A stretch of DNA of 63,797 bases, the filler included, from Neolecta irregularis DAH-3 (lineage: Eukaryota), in NCBI GenBank assembly GCA_001929475.1. It is 9 parts of 9 records of this genome, joined end to end, with 100 filler letters (N's around TTAATTAATTAA, not from the genome) between each part and the next. Parts side by side here need not be neighbours in the genome. Positions count along the whole stretch, not along the records: positions 1 to 23,463 come from LXFE01002924.1; 8 more parts are not named here. One strand, 5' to 3'. Within the stretch, counting starts at the first letter, position 1; every line of letters begins with the position of its first letter. Made by a program: the position numbers and the translations under genes. The notes beneath the pieces were generated by a model. That model had not been told where the DNA came from, searched no databases, and saw only the letters and a program-made list of their open reading frames with translations. Positions 1 to 11,600 of this stretch are shown here, in pieces.

Positions 1-131
1 GTGCATGGCGAGCTAGACGATTTGGAAGACATTGACGTGGGTGATTTTGATGATTATGAGACGCAAAAGATAGCATAGATAGAAAGAATTAAATTATTTG
101 AGAAAGATAATTGGAATACAGTTTGGTTTAG
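1..131 (+). repeat. Duplicate of the XPD/RAD3 3' end (21297-21424) with a 3-nt insertion
   Basis: Identical to 21297-21424 except ACGCAAAAGATAGCATAG versus ACGCAGATAGCATAG; followed by a 10-N gap. Confidence 0.9.
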
Positions 132-180
132 NNNNNNNNNNCCGCTCCCGCCCCCGCCCCCGCCCCCGCTTACTGCCCAG

Positions 181-1505
181 GCAAACCTGAAAAAGGGCCT
201 CGCCGCCCTCCCAAAGCCGCTCCCCCCAAAGAAGCGCCTCGAGCTGCTCCACGGCCCCTCGGACGACTTTGCAGACCCCGCAAAGAACCCCTTCTTCGAT
301 CCCGCCCTCGGCCATGAGTCCGCCTCCCAGCGCAACCGCCTCGCAAAGTCCCTCCGCTTCAACCTCAAGGGCAAGTTCATCGTCCAGGCGGACGCCATCC
401 GCCAGGCCGCAAAAATGGACGACCTCAAAAAGAGAATCGCCCAGAGCACAAAGAAGGCCGGCCTCGAGGAACAGCTAGACGTCTCAGACAAGGCCTACAA
501 GGTACATCCCGCGCCCCCCGTCCCTAACCTCCCAGAGAGACCTCCCCCCTGACATCGAGTGGTGGGACACCCAGCTCACCACAAACCACACCTACGACGA
601 CCTCGACTACGGCCTCGCGAAAATTCACTCGTCAGACTCTGCAATAACAATCTACGTCCAGCACCCCATCCCCATCCCCCCGGTCCATTCGGGAAAACAA
701 ATCCCGCCACGGGCCCTGATGCTCACCCAGCGCGAGCAGAAAAAACTCCGCAGGCAATCCCGCGCTGAAAACTTTAAAAATATCTCTGATCAACGACGAC
801 TAGGCCTCCTCCCGCCGGAAAAACCCAAAGGTATGTCCTCTTCGTCTACTGCCTAAATTCCCAGTAAAACCAAGCAACTTTATGCGTGTCTTGACCCAAG
901 AAGCAATCAAAGACCCAACTCTAGTCGAAGCCCAAATGAAACGAGACATCGCCGAACGAGCTGCAAAACACATTCAAGACAATCAACAGCGTAAATTAAC
1001 TCCACAAGCCCGTAGAGAAAAAATAGCTCAGCAATTACAACTAGACGCCGCCAAAGGAATCCGTTCCTGCGCTTTTAAAATCAAGTATTTATCACATGGC
1101 CAGCATAAATTTAAGGTCGACAAGACTGCGCTGCAATTGGGCCTAACCGGTCTTGTCATTCTTAACCCCAAATTCAATCTGGTAGTGGTCGAGGCCGGCG
1201 CAAAGGCCATTAAAACTTTTAAAAAGTTGATGTTGACTAGAATCGATTGGACAAATACTTGTCGGACTACAAGTATTCGAACCAATAATACCCTGGAAGA
1301 AGGAGAATCCCACGAACAGCAGGACTTGTCCGCGAATACATGCGACTTAATTTGGGAGGGCGAATTGAAAGACCGCGGATTCAAAACTTGGAGGTTTAAG
1401 AGTGTTGTTTCGGATTCAGGTGCAAGTGAGGCGCTTGAACGGGGTAATGCTGGTCATTTATGGTTGGCTGCCACAAAATTCAAGGATGCCAATGATTACG
1501 ATTGA
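181..1505 (+). CDS. PRP3: U4/U6 snRNP protein Prp3, 5'-partial at gap
   Basis: Spliced frame gives PDIEWWD, YVQHPIPI, RRLGLLPPEKPKVKPSNFMRVL, AIKDPTLVEA and C-terminal HKFKVDKTA..LGLTG..NLVVVEAG..WEG. Two 34-nt GT-AG introns at 502-535 and 831-864. Confidence 0.93.
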
Positions 1506-1649
1506 TATCATATTAGTAGCTGGCAGCGTGTTTACTGAACTTTCGTTGAATCAAGATTACAATAGAAAAATACCTGCGCTTCTGCCCCGGCCACTACAAG
1601 AAAAGTTATACCGATGAGATTATTTTTATTCCGAGAAATACCCCAAACT

Positions 1650-4291
1650 TTACTCTTCTTCAATATCAGAAACTAATTCACCTAATTCTTTCAATTTCAA
1701 TTTATCTTTTTGTCGTTTATCTTCAAGGTCACTCAACACCAGCATCAAATCATCCAATTCTGTCTCAAGATCACAAACTCTTGAATCACGTTGTTTCAAC
1801 TTTTCATTCCTTTCATTTAATATTCCTTTTATCGTCGATAATTCATTCATTGTGGTTTCCAACTTGATTTTAGTTTAATTGTGAAGAGCGTGGGCTACCT
1901 CTTGTAACAGTTGTGCTTGGTGTTGTTCGAGTTGTGATATCGTGTTCTTGGTACTAGCCACCCCTATATTTAATTCATTCAGTTGAATTTGATATTTCTT
2001 TTCCTTGGCATTTGATTGTTCTCGTAATTGGACAATCTCGCGCTCCATAGAGACCATCTTTTGCGCTTGTTCAACAGACATTGCTCGATTCGGATTTCCG
2101 TCTACAGGTCACTCTAGCCAAAAAAGATATAGTTTTACTTGTTGATGTCCCGGGCCCCTTTTCTATAGATTTCTGTATTCGTGAATAGTGATCTTTGAGA
2201 AATTCAACAAAAGATAGATTAAAATATATATCTGGCAACAATCCGTCTTGTCTCGACGATGGCAAAACGTAGGATTCGGAAACATCTCGAAAGAGCGGGT
2301 TTTCGCGTAATCGAGCGATTCGCGCAACAAATTGGTCTTTTCCTATTCGACTGTGCAGGATTTGCTGTAACGTTGTTCTACAATTGAGTACAAGGATGAA
2401 TCATGGGATACCGAGGTATAGGTGACTTTTCATCGTTGAACTCGTAGCATATTCCCAAGAGGCATGCGGATAAACCTTGCACCAACGAACTCGCGTTTGA
2501 ACTCTGTGTAACAGTAGATACGAGAGTTTGTAAACTTGACGCTTCGTAAAGAAAGTCGGTGACAGAATTGGGATCTTCCCATAGCCAAACACATAATAGT
2601 GACAGATAAGCAATAGAGATTCGTTCGTCGTGGTTGTGACGCAGCGAAATTACGAGATTTGCAGACATTGTTTGGATCGCCGTGACGGTTTCCTCCCCTA
2701 CAGAGGCATCTCCCAACACCACTGATCGTGCGAGTGACTTACAGCCGGGCGAATAAAAGAGCAAATGTGACAAGACATTGGCTGAAAACCAAACTTTATA
2801 AGGATCTCTTCGAGCATTGTCGTTCATGTGCAGTAACGTTTCAAGAAGACAGCCAAAAGCCGTTTCGGAACCTGTCGTAAGTTTAGACATGAGAGACGTA
2901 TTACTTTGTTCGATCGTATTAAACCCAGAAACAATCTTTTCAACGAGATCTCGTCTAGCAACTGGATTCTCATAAATATACGCCTTGATCGTTACATCTT
3001 GATCATCAAAATAATACCTCGATACAGGACGCCGCTGCAAAACGCACCTCAAGATCAAATTCTTGCGTCGATAAATTAAGCAACAACACAAACAACACTT
3101 GTAACGGCCTCGCATGCAGAAATCCAGCAGGTAACTCCCTGCTTGAAAAACCCTCGGAAATAACCGTATTTCCCCTTATAATGCACGCACACACAGTCAA
3201 CGCGTGAGCTTGAACCACAGGCGGTATTGACGCATGAAGCGAAAGTAGCATTATCGACGCCATGGCGTTTGACTGACTAAGCGTTTTCTACTATTAAATC
3301 ATTCACATGGATTCAGTGATTACCTGATTAACGTGAAGATGCGCACTACTTGGCAAAACAAACATCTTGCACAGTGAGAGAACGTCAATTGTATTCTGTA
3401 TTAGCTGATCGCTCCAATCGTGCGTGGTCCTCCGCGACAGTAGTCGGGAAATCCGTGTAATGCCACCGGTTTCTTTAAAGTAACTCTGATTCGAAAAGTT
3501 GTACTGCAAGATATTTCGAGTAAGCTGGAGACATCCGGGGACTGTGATCCCGTCTTCCAAACCATCTTCTAATTCAATGATTTTGAATATCTTGTCAACA
3601 GTATTCTCAAAGACGACCAGTTTTTGGATGTCGGCGTTGTCCTCGGTGAGGCTTATAAGAAAGGAGAGGCACTCTACGGATTAATCTTTTCAAGAAGCAG
3701 GTACAAACCACTTCTAACCGCATCTCTTCGATCATCCAGAATTGAGACTAGCCGCGATATTCCTGTTGGAGACGAGATAATACTTTGCTGAACCCTGTCT
3801 GATCGATTCTGCGATAACGTACCCAGGATTTGTAATGTGTATAATCGGACATAAAAATCACTACAATCCAGCGCATCCAAGAGACCAACCACGTTATCCG
3901 CAGTCTATAGTCAAACACCGGGTCAATATTTCTTATACCTTTGTGAATTCTTCAGATAGCCAAGTTGCAAACTCCTAATTCAATAAGTCGAATTCTCCAT
4001 TCCACCAACCTGATGTAAATCCTTGGGACTAAAAAATATAATAAACGTCTCCAAGACAGCTTTCAACACATCTACGTCTTCCCGATCCTTCTTTAGGACT
4101 TGTAATAAACCATCCAATCCTTCCTTGGCGACAACTTGCCGATAATCTCGGCTGAAATTCTTTAATCCCAAAATCGCGGCACGTCGATCTTCGAGCAGAG
4201 TCGAATGGTCTAATCTATTACATAGTTTCTTGATTGTTTCGTCCGCGGATTGTTGTTGAGGTTGGGAAATATATCGCGAAAGGTAATCCAT
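1650..4291 (-). CDS. USO1: ER-Golgi tethering factor Uso1/p115
   Basis: ETIKKLCNRLDHSTLLEDRRAAILGLKNFSR, DFYVRLYTLQIL, NADIQKLVVFEN, LVQGLSACLLGICYEF and C-terminal ELDDLMLVLSDLE...VSDIEEE; 8 short introns join the ORF fragments. Confidence 0.92.
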
Positions 4292-5015
4292 TCAAACTGT
4301 GCAGGCTGGTGTAAGCCGATTGGCGGTAAATTACCAGTGACAAAAATCTTGGTACTGGGTGTTTGGGAAAATTCAAAGAATGGCCCAATACTACGATCAA
4401 ATGGCTTAGGGTGGGGAGACTGGAGGAGTGGGCGTCCCAACTTCGCACATGACGCAAACAAGGCACGAATGCAGTAAACAGACAGGCCTGAACTACAAGG
4501 TATCGCAGAGAGAAACAATATCAGATCTTATAATGTGTATATAGAACAGATTAAAATACCACGGAGAACGCGCATTTCTCTTGGCTCCAATGATACCTTG
4601 TCTTGTCAGCGATGCTGTGCAAACACGAAAAATTAGGAATTAAAAAAAGGTAGTCGTCAGCAATTGAAAATTAAGGTAGCTGGATATTTTTCAGCACTTG
4701 CCCAACGTTCCAGAAAGGTTCGCTGGCCACTCTAGCCAAATGCCGGTTTCATCGTTCGACTAAAACTTGAAAAGATATCGACGTACCTTTTTGTGAGTAG
4801 AAGAATACATGGAGGTCGAGAGAAAAGTTTTCGGCTTCGCGATATTTCTTTATAGAGAGTAATCTAATCCTAAAAGCTCTACATCCATAGATAATCTGTC
4901 TGTTCCGTTAACAGATTGCCTGTAATCTATGTGATTGTAGTATTATTGCATTTCATAGTCTGCGAGAATTGGAACGACTCATCAACCACCCGCCTTATCA
5001 CCACCGTTAGCCAAA

Positions 5016-8000
5016 ATGGTACGTCATTTTCAAGTCAAATATACAGCACTAATGAAGGCAGGGTGTCCCGGCGATGTTCCGTTTTCTTTCCAAAAAGTAT
5101 CCTAAAATCATTACTCCAGTTATTGAGGAATCGTCCAAAGATGACGAGGATGGAGTTCAAATCCCCATAGATACCTCTGGACCCAATCCCAACGGCAAGG
5201 AGTTTGACAATTTATATTTGGATATGAATGGTATGTATGATTAGGTGTCCCGCTGCTAACACCTTGAGGAATTGTACACCCGTGCTCTCATCCAGAAAAC
5301 AAGGTATACTCTTCGCCACACTTTCTCTAAATGATAAAGCCACCTCCAGAGACAGAGGAGGATATGATGCTGGAAGTCTTCAAATATACCGACCGTGTTA
5401 TCGCGATGGTCCGACCTCGGAAACTTTTAATGATTGCCATCGGTATATTTGCAAGAAATTTTCACTTATTCCCAGACGGAGTTGCTCCACGTGCAAAGAT
5501 GAATCAGCAGCGATCGCGCCGCTTTAGAACCGCTCGTGAATCAAAAGAAAAGGAGGAAGATACTAAAAGATTGATCGCCGAACTAGAGGGTTTATCTGAA
5601 TCATATACAATTTGCTGAGACATAGCCTCTGGAAAACCCGTCCACGAATCTCTCAAGAATCAGAAGAAGGCTTGGGATAGTAATGCTATTACTCCCGGGA
5701 CACCGTTCATGGATATACTTTCCGCTTCACTCAGATATTGGGTTCAAAAGAAACAAAATAACGACCCCGGCTGGAAGAATGTATACTCTATCCCACATCC
5801 AATCTTATTTGTTAGCTAAAAATTATTATTTCTGATGCCGGTGTGCCAGGAGAAGGAGAGCACAAAATTATGGAATTTGTTCGCAGTCAACGAACAAGTC
5901 GCGATCATAACCCAAATACTCGACATGTTATCTATGGACTAGTATATTTGTGCTCTGTTATGAGATTCATTTTCTAGGATGCTGATCTAATTATGCTTGG
6001 TCTGGCTACTCACGAACCACATTTTCGTGTCCTTCGAGAAGACGTATTTTTCCAAGACGCAAGTTCGAAAGGCTGTCGTATTTGTAGTCAAATGGGCCAT
6101 TTTGCGTCCGAGTGTTCTGCGGAAAACCGCGCCAATGCAGCTGCTATAGCTGCCGAGAAGAAGGCTGGTGAAGTATCCGTTCTCAAACCCTTTATTTGGT
6201 TGCACGTCGATATTCTAAGGGAATATCTCGCAGTTGAACTTGATCCCGAGATTCCTGATGTTAAATTTGACCTTGAAAGAGCTATTGATGACTGGGTTTT
6301 TCTTTGTTTTTTTGTGGGAAATGATTTCTTACCTCACTTGCCTAGTTTGGACATTCGGGAAGGTGCTATTGATATGTTGACTGGAATTTGGAAAGCAAAC
6401 TTTAAAAATTTGGACGGTTATCTTACAACTGATGGGACAGTATTGCACTGGCTTCAATTAGTACTGACTTTAGGTCAACCTCGACAAAGCTCAAATTATC
6501 CTTGATGCAGTAGCTGTAAAAGAAGCCCGCATCTTTGAAAATCGCCGCAGACAAGAGGCTCGTCGTGATGAGAACCAGAAGCGAAGAAAACTTGAGGTCG
6601 AGGAAAGTCAACGAAAGATCGAAGAAATGATGATGAATCAACCTAATTCAATGCCTGCTGGTCAAGCAACTGTTACCCGAGGAGCTTTTAAAAACCCTAC
6701 TATGCAGCCTCCCGATCTTAGTCTCCTGACTCCTCTGGGAACTGGTCGAATTGACCATGCCCAATCGAATTCGGATATTGTTGCGAACAGAAAGAATATG
6801 CGGATGGCAAATTTAGCTAATAAGAGCGCTGCCGCAAGTCTGAAGGCACAGCTTCTCGGAAATGTGGCGACAGAGAGCGATGGTGCTTCTGAGACGACTG
6901 AGGATAAAGCCGAGGATATGGAGGATGTAAGCATATCGCCTAGTGGAAAGAAAAGAAAAGCAGACGAACTCATTGCCGATAATGGAGAAGTCTCCGATGA
7001 TGTTAGGTATCACAACATTTGATTTGCAGAGCTTATGGTAGACTTTGGGAAGAAGGCTTTAAGGACCGGTATTATGAGCAGAAACTCCATAAAGATTACT
7101 CTGACAATGAATTTCGGAGGGAGTATACTAGTTTTCTCAACCCATCTGCTGACATGAAGGTTTGTCAAGAGCTACGTGGAAGGATTATGCTGGGTTTTGC
7201 TATATTACTACCAAGGTTGTCCCTCGTGGACATGGTATTACCCATATCATTATGCTCCGTTTGCAGCAGATTTTGAACGCATCGATGAATATGAAATTAA
7301 TTTTGATCTGGGTACTCCGTTCAGACCTTTTGAACAATTGATGGGCGTTCTTCCGGCAGCTAGGTCGCTCTCTTTTAATCCAGTTGAAATCTAATGGAAC
7401 AGCAAAGCTCATCTTCCGGAAAACTTCCAAAAGTTAATGACGGAGGAAGATTCGGAGATCCTTGACTTTTATCCAGAAAATTTCCCAATCGATATGAATG
7501 GGAAGAAATTTGCATGGCAGGGTGTCGCGTTGCTTCCTTTCATCGATGAAATTCGCCTTCTCAAAGCTCTAGAAAGGCCGTATCATTCGCTTACCGAGGA
7601 AGAACGGCTTCGTAATGCAGTTGGTCATGATGTTTTGTTTGTCAGTGACGGCTCCAAACTTTATGACGAGCTGGCTATGAATCTGTATTCAAAGAGGAAA
7701 CTTGAAAAGGTTTGTCGTTAGGAGACATGCTATTTCTGATTGGATCAGCCATTTAAGATCACTTCAAAACTTTCAAAAGGGTTGGCTGGTTATGTCATGC
7801 CTGATGAAAGCTTTATCCCGAACAGCACTATTCAAAATCCACTTCTTTCTGTTGATCTTGAGGACATCGTAAATAACAGAGTATTATGGTACGACCTGGA
7901 CCCGTAATTGTTTTCTTACCGTTAGTGTGAAATACAAAATTCCGAAGTCGAAATACGTCCACAAATCTATGCTTTTGAAAGGAGTTCAAATGAACCCCCC

Positions 8001-8538
8001 AGTTCTAACCTCATCCGAGCTCTGGGAAGTCAAAACCGGGAAGAACTCTACCTTCAGAGACAATGACGACAACCGTGGAAGTAATCGCAGAGGAAGAGGC
8101 GGGTATAGAGGTGGCCGGAACGGGAATAACTCGAAGACAAACTCGCCAGCATCAAGCGGATATAACCAGGGCCCTTCAACCTATGGACAATCACCTTCAG
8201 CTTATGGATCTTTTAATCAAAGCCCCTTTGGCCCAGGTTCCTCTACTCAGACATTTTCACATCTACCACAATCTAACATGTTTGGTCAATCATCTTGGAA
8301 CAGTTATCAGGCAGCTCCAGGACCTGCTTACTCGCACAATGCTTATTCGGGTGCATCAAATGCTTATCCCCCTCAGCCGTCAACTCAGCTTCGCTTCGAC
8401 AGTGGAGAAGGAGGATATCCCAGTAGTTCTAGTCAGTATCCGCTTCCATCAAAGCATACCCGCTTCAATCAAGATGGACCTCCATCTGGCGATGATTATG
8501 ATCCATACGGCATCGGGAATCAATACAGGCATATTTGA
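5016..8538 (+). CDS. XRN2: Nuclear 5'-3' exoribonuclease Xrn2/Rat1/Dhp1
   Basis: [98 protein letters not shown]; zinc-knuckle [14 protein letters not shown]; 13 short introns, first coding exon is only the ATG. Confidence 0.96.
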
Positions 8539-8640
8539 AAAAAGTATAATTAGAGCTATCCATATTTAATTCTTGGTGTTCATATATTTGTACGATAGAT
8601 GAAAGACCTTAAACTAATGATGACATATGTGACGTTCAAA

Positions 8641-11600
8641 TTACGAGGTCATTGTATCGATCAAATTGCATGTCATGCGAATGTTGCTCATCATTTGGCC
8701 GTGCGGATTGCTTAGCGAGTTGCGCTGTAATAAGCCGCCGAAGTGCATCTGTTCGAGATAGTCGCTCCATTTTGAGCGTTTGGGTCGGTAGTCTGTGCCT
8801 TGTCGTGCCATGTTTACAGATGAAACGATAAAATCAATAGAGGAAAGCAGACCTGTATGCTGGTTGTAATTCAGTGCTCGTCGAAGTAACGCTGCGATAT
8901 CATCGTATCTAAAATTAGTGTAAAGAAGAAAGGATTTCATATATACATTATAAGAAAGGTATCCATGACAGTATCAGACAACTCTGCAAGAAAGCCGAAT
9001 AGATGATACTCTGCAAACTCGCCAATACCATCTCTGGCATTTATCATAGCCCATATTAAGGTGAGATATAGTAGAACCAACGAATTTTCCGAAAAGGAAA
9101 CTCTGGCGCATATTTTGCGCGGCAAGTCAAGGTCATTGACATCCATTTCATCCAAACCAGCTAACCAGAGAATCTCTCGTCTCTCTGCAACATTTGTTGT
9201 CATCGGAAGGAGGAGAATTAAGAATGCAAAGACGCTTTCCGGCACATGTCTCCGCTCGTCGATTATTGATTTCCGAGACCGTTGGGCTGGTATTACCTCT
9301 AGAGCAGTCTTGAGAAACGCAAGAGTTGCTGTGCGAGTTGTAGCCTCGAATAAACCAGGAAGGACTGTGCCACACACAGCAACGGCAAAAGTTCTGCTCT
9401 CTGAAAATGAAATGCCCATAGTTTTGTCCATTCCGTCGAAGGCCTCGTGCAATGTCGATCGACTTCGAAGGAGAACAATTTGTGAATTTTCGCGCTGAAA
9501 GAATCCATATACCGCAAGAGTTCGAATGCAAGAGTGCGCGAGCATAACTCCATGCAAAGAAAGAGGAAGATAGTTGATCCGACACAGTGCAATGGCAAGC
9601 CAAAACATTTCAGTAATGTACCTCGACGATGGAGATAGGCTGGATGCCATCTTTGCTAATGCCGACGAAATAGAGAGTAGGAGGTCATGATCATGAGTTT
9701 CGTTGAAATGCCGAAGAGAATCACGAAGGGCAACGAGGACCTGATATAAAAGGTCTATGCAATTAGCAGAGTCCATAAGCAGAAGATACCATCATCGACA
9801 TCTTCGTTGGCAAGGGTTCCCATAACTACAAATGCTCGGGGCTGAATCACAGAATTGTTCATGAAAGCTGAGCTGGTTGCCATACTCATCCACTTCGCTC
9901 GCCATACGTTGGATATATCGATTGTGGGAGCAGCCCACTCTGTCACCTTCATACCAACATCCATGAGTGTTTCTAGAGTAGAGAATTTTGGATCATCCAT
10001 TAGTTTTTCCATGTTCGAATGAATGTGCAAGCCAAAAACATACTCGATTTTGGGTTCACTTAACTCTTTCAAACATCGAGAAATACGGGCATGATGATCA
10101 TCGGATGCGTTTGGTGCACCATGTAACGCTTGAACGGTATTGACCAACAATCGGTGAAGAGCTTGACGAATCATTGTTGGTCCGATATTAACTAGGAGAG
10201 TTGTGATATGTAGTGTTTCGGGTAGAAACAATAGTGATTGCTCAGAGTCATGGAAGGATGTATGCAATAATATCATGATAAGGGTAGCCATTTCGCCCCA
10301 GGAAGAATGCTCCGATAAGCTTTTAATGGGACGTTGTGAGGGGGTATTTAATAGCTTGCGGGTAAGCAAAGCATTTAAGATTCATACTTTTTGAAGTCGA
10401 AGAAGGACATGTCCGCGAACTTGAAGGGACGCTATTGTAGTAATCGTTCGAAAAATAACTCCTCCTTGCGGAGAATCATATCCGTATAGACAGGCATACT
10501 GTATTAATTCATTCAACATGATCGGGACGACGTAATCCACAGTGGAGAGCGGATACCATATTCTTCCTTGCAGCAGAGGCGATAACTGTCAATTAGCCGG
10601 GCAGAGCGACATAGAATGAAACTTCGGTTTCTTTTCCGGTAATTTCAATCAAGGCACGAATTATTGACTTCAGTTTCGGCACATAAACCTCATTGTGATT
10701 CTCCATGGGCAATACATTGCCAAGAGCAGTGAGGAAGGGTGAGACGAAATTAATACTACAGAGTCGTTGGATAGTAGTAGCTCTCGGGAAAAACCCAAGA
10801 AATTCAGTGACAAATTCCGCCGCCAGTGAAGGTTCAGCCATGGCTAGCTGCGTGCTCATCATCGGCAGAAAGTGCGTATAGTCAATAGGTACATAGAGCC
10901 CTAAAGCTCAGACGGTTTCAATAAGAAGGCACACCTTTGGCAGGAAGTAGCTTCCGGTCAACTGATATACTGAACGAAGATACTAGGGCTGATAACAAAT
11001 CATAAGCTGCTAGGCGAAGCTCTATGTCATCTCCACACATGTTCAAAAATGACATATGAAGTAATCCAGGGATTGAAATGGACGGACTCCAAACCCTATC
11101 TGGTATTACGGGGGACTTTTCTCTCTCGTAGCGTGTCTTAGCATCTTGCAACGTCTGTATATTAAACGAATCAACAAGCATACAAGTACTTTCAGAATGG
11201 AGCCTCTTTCATGGCTTGCGAACATCATTGAAACTCGTCCAAAACGCAAAATGAATTCATCATCCAAGGCAGTATGACTAGGATGGATCTCTTCCAACGT
11301 AGATATATGATATACGTCCGTCAGATAAGACGCCATGCTCAAGCGAATTTCTTGCTTTTTCAGCTTAAATGGTCAAGAGAGATGATGTAAATATATTCAA
11401 ACCGTGGTAATTTTGATGTGATGATCAATTAATGCGAATGAACAATTAACGCGGTGCATCCGTGATATCCGGACAACTGGTCTGTAGAATACATCTGGTG
11501 TTTTCATGAGAGCCAGGGTATCTGCAGACAATTCCACATCATTCAACGAAATGTATCTTTCAAGATCTTCGCGCGTACTCGTGAAGATCATTTGATCGGT

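Noticed and set aside
4720-4860. Short minus-strand frame ITLYKEISRSRKLF, faintly like an LYR motif
   Set aside because: No convincing start, splice structure or further motif.
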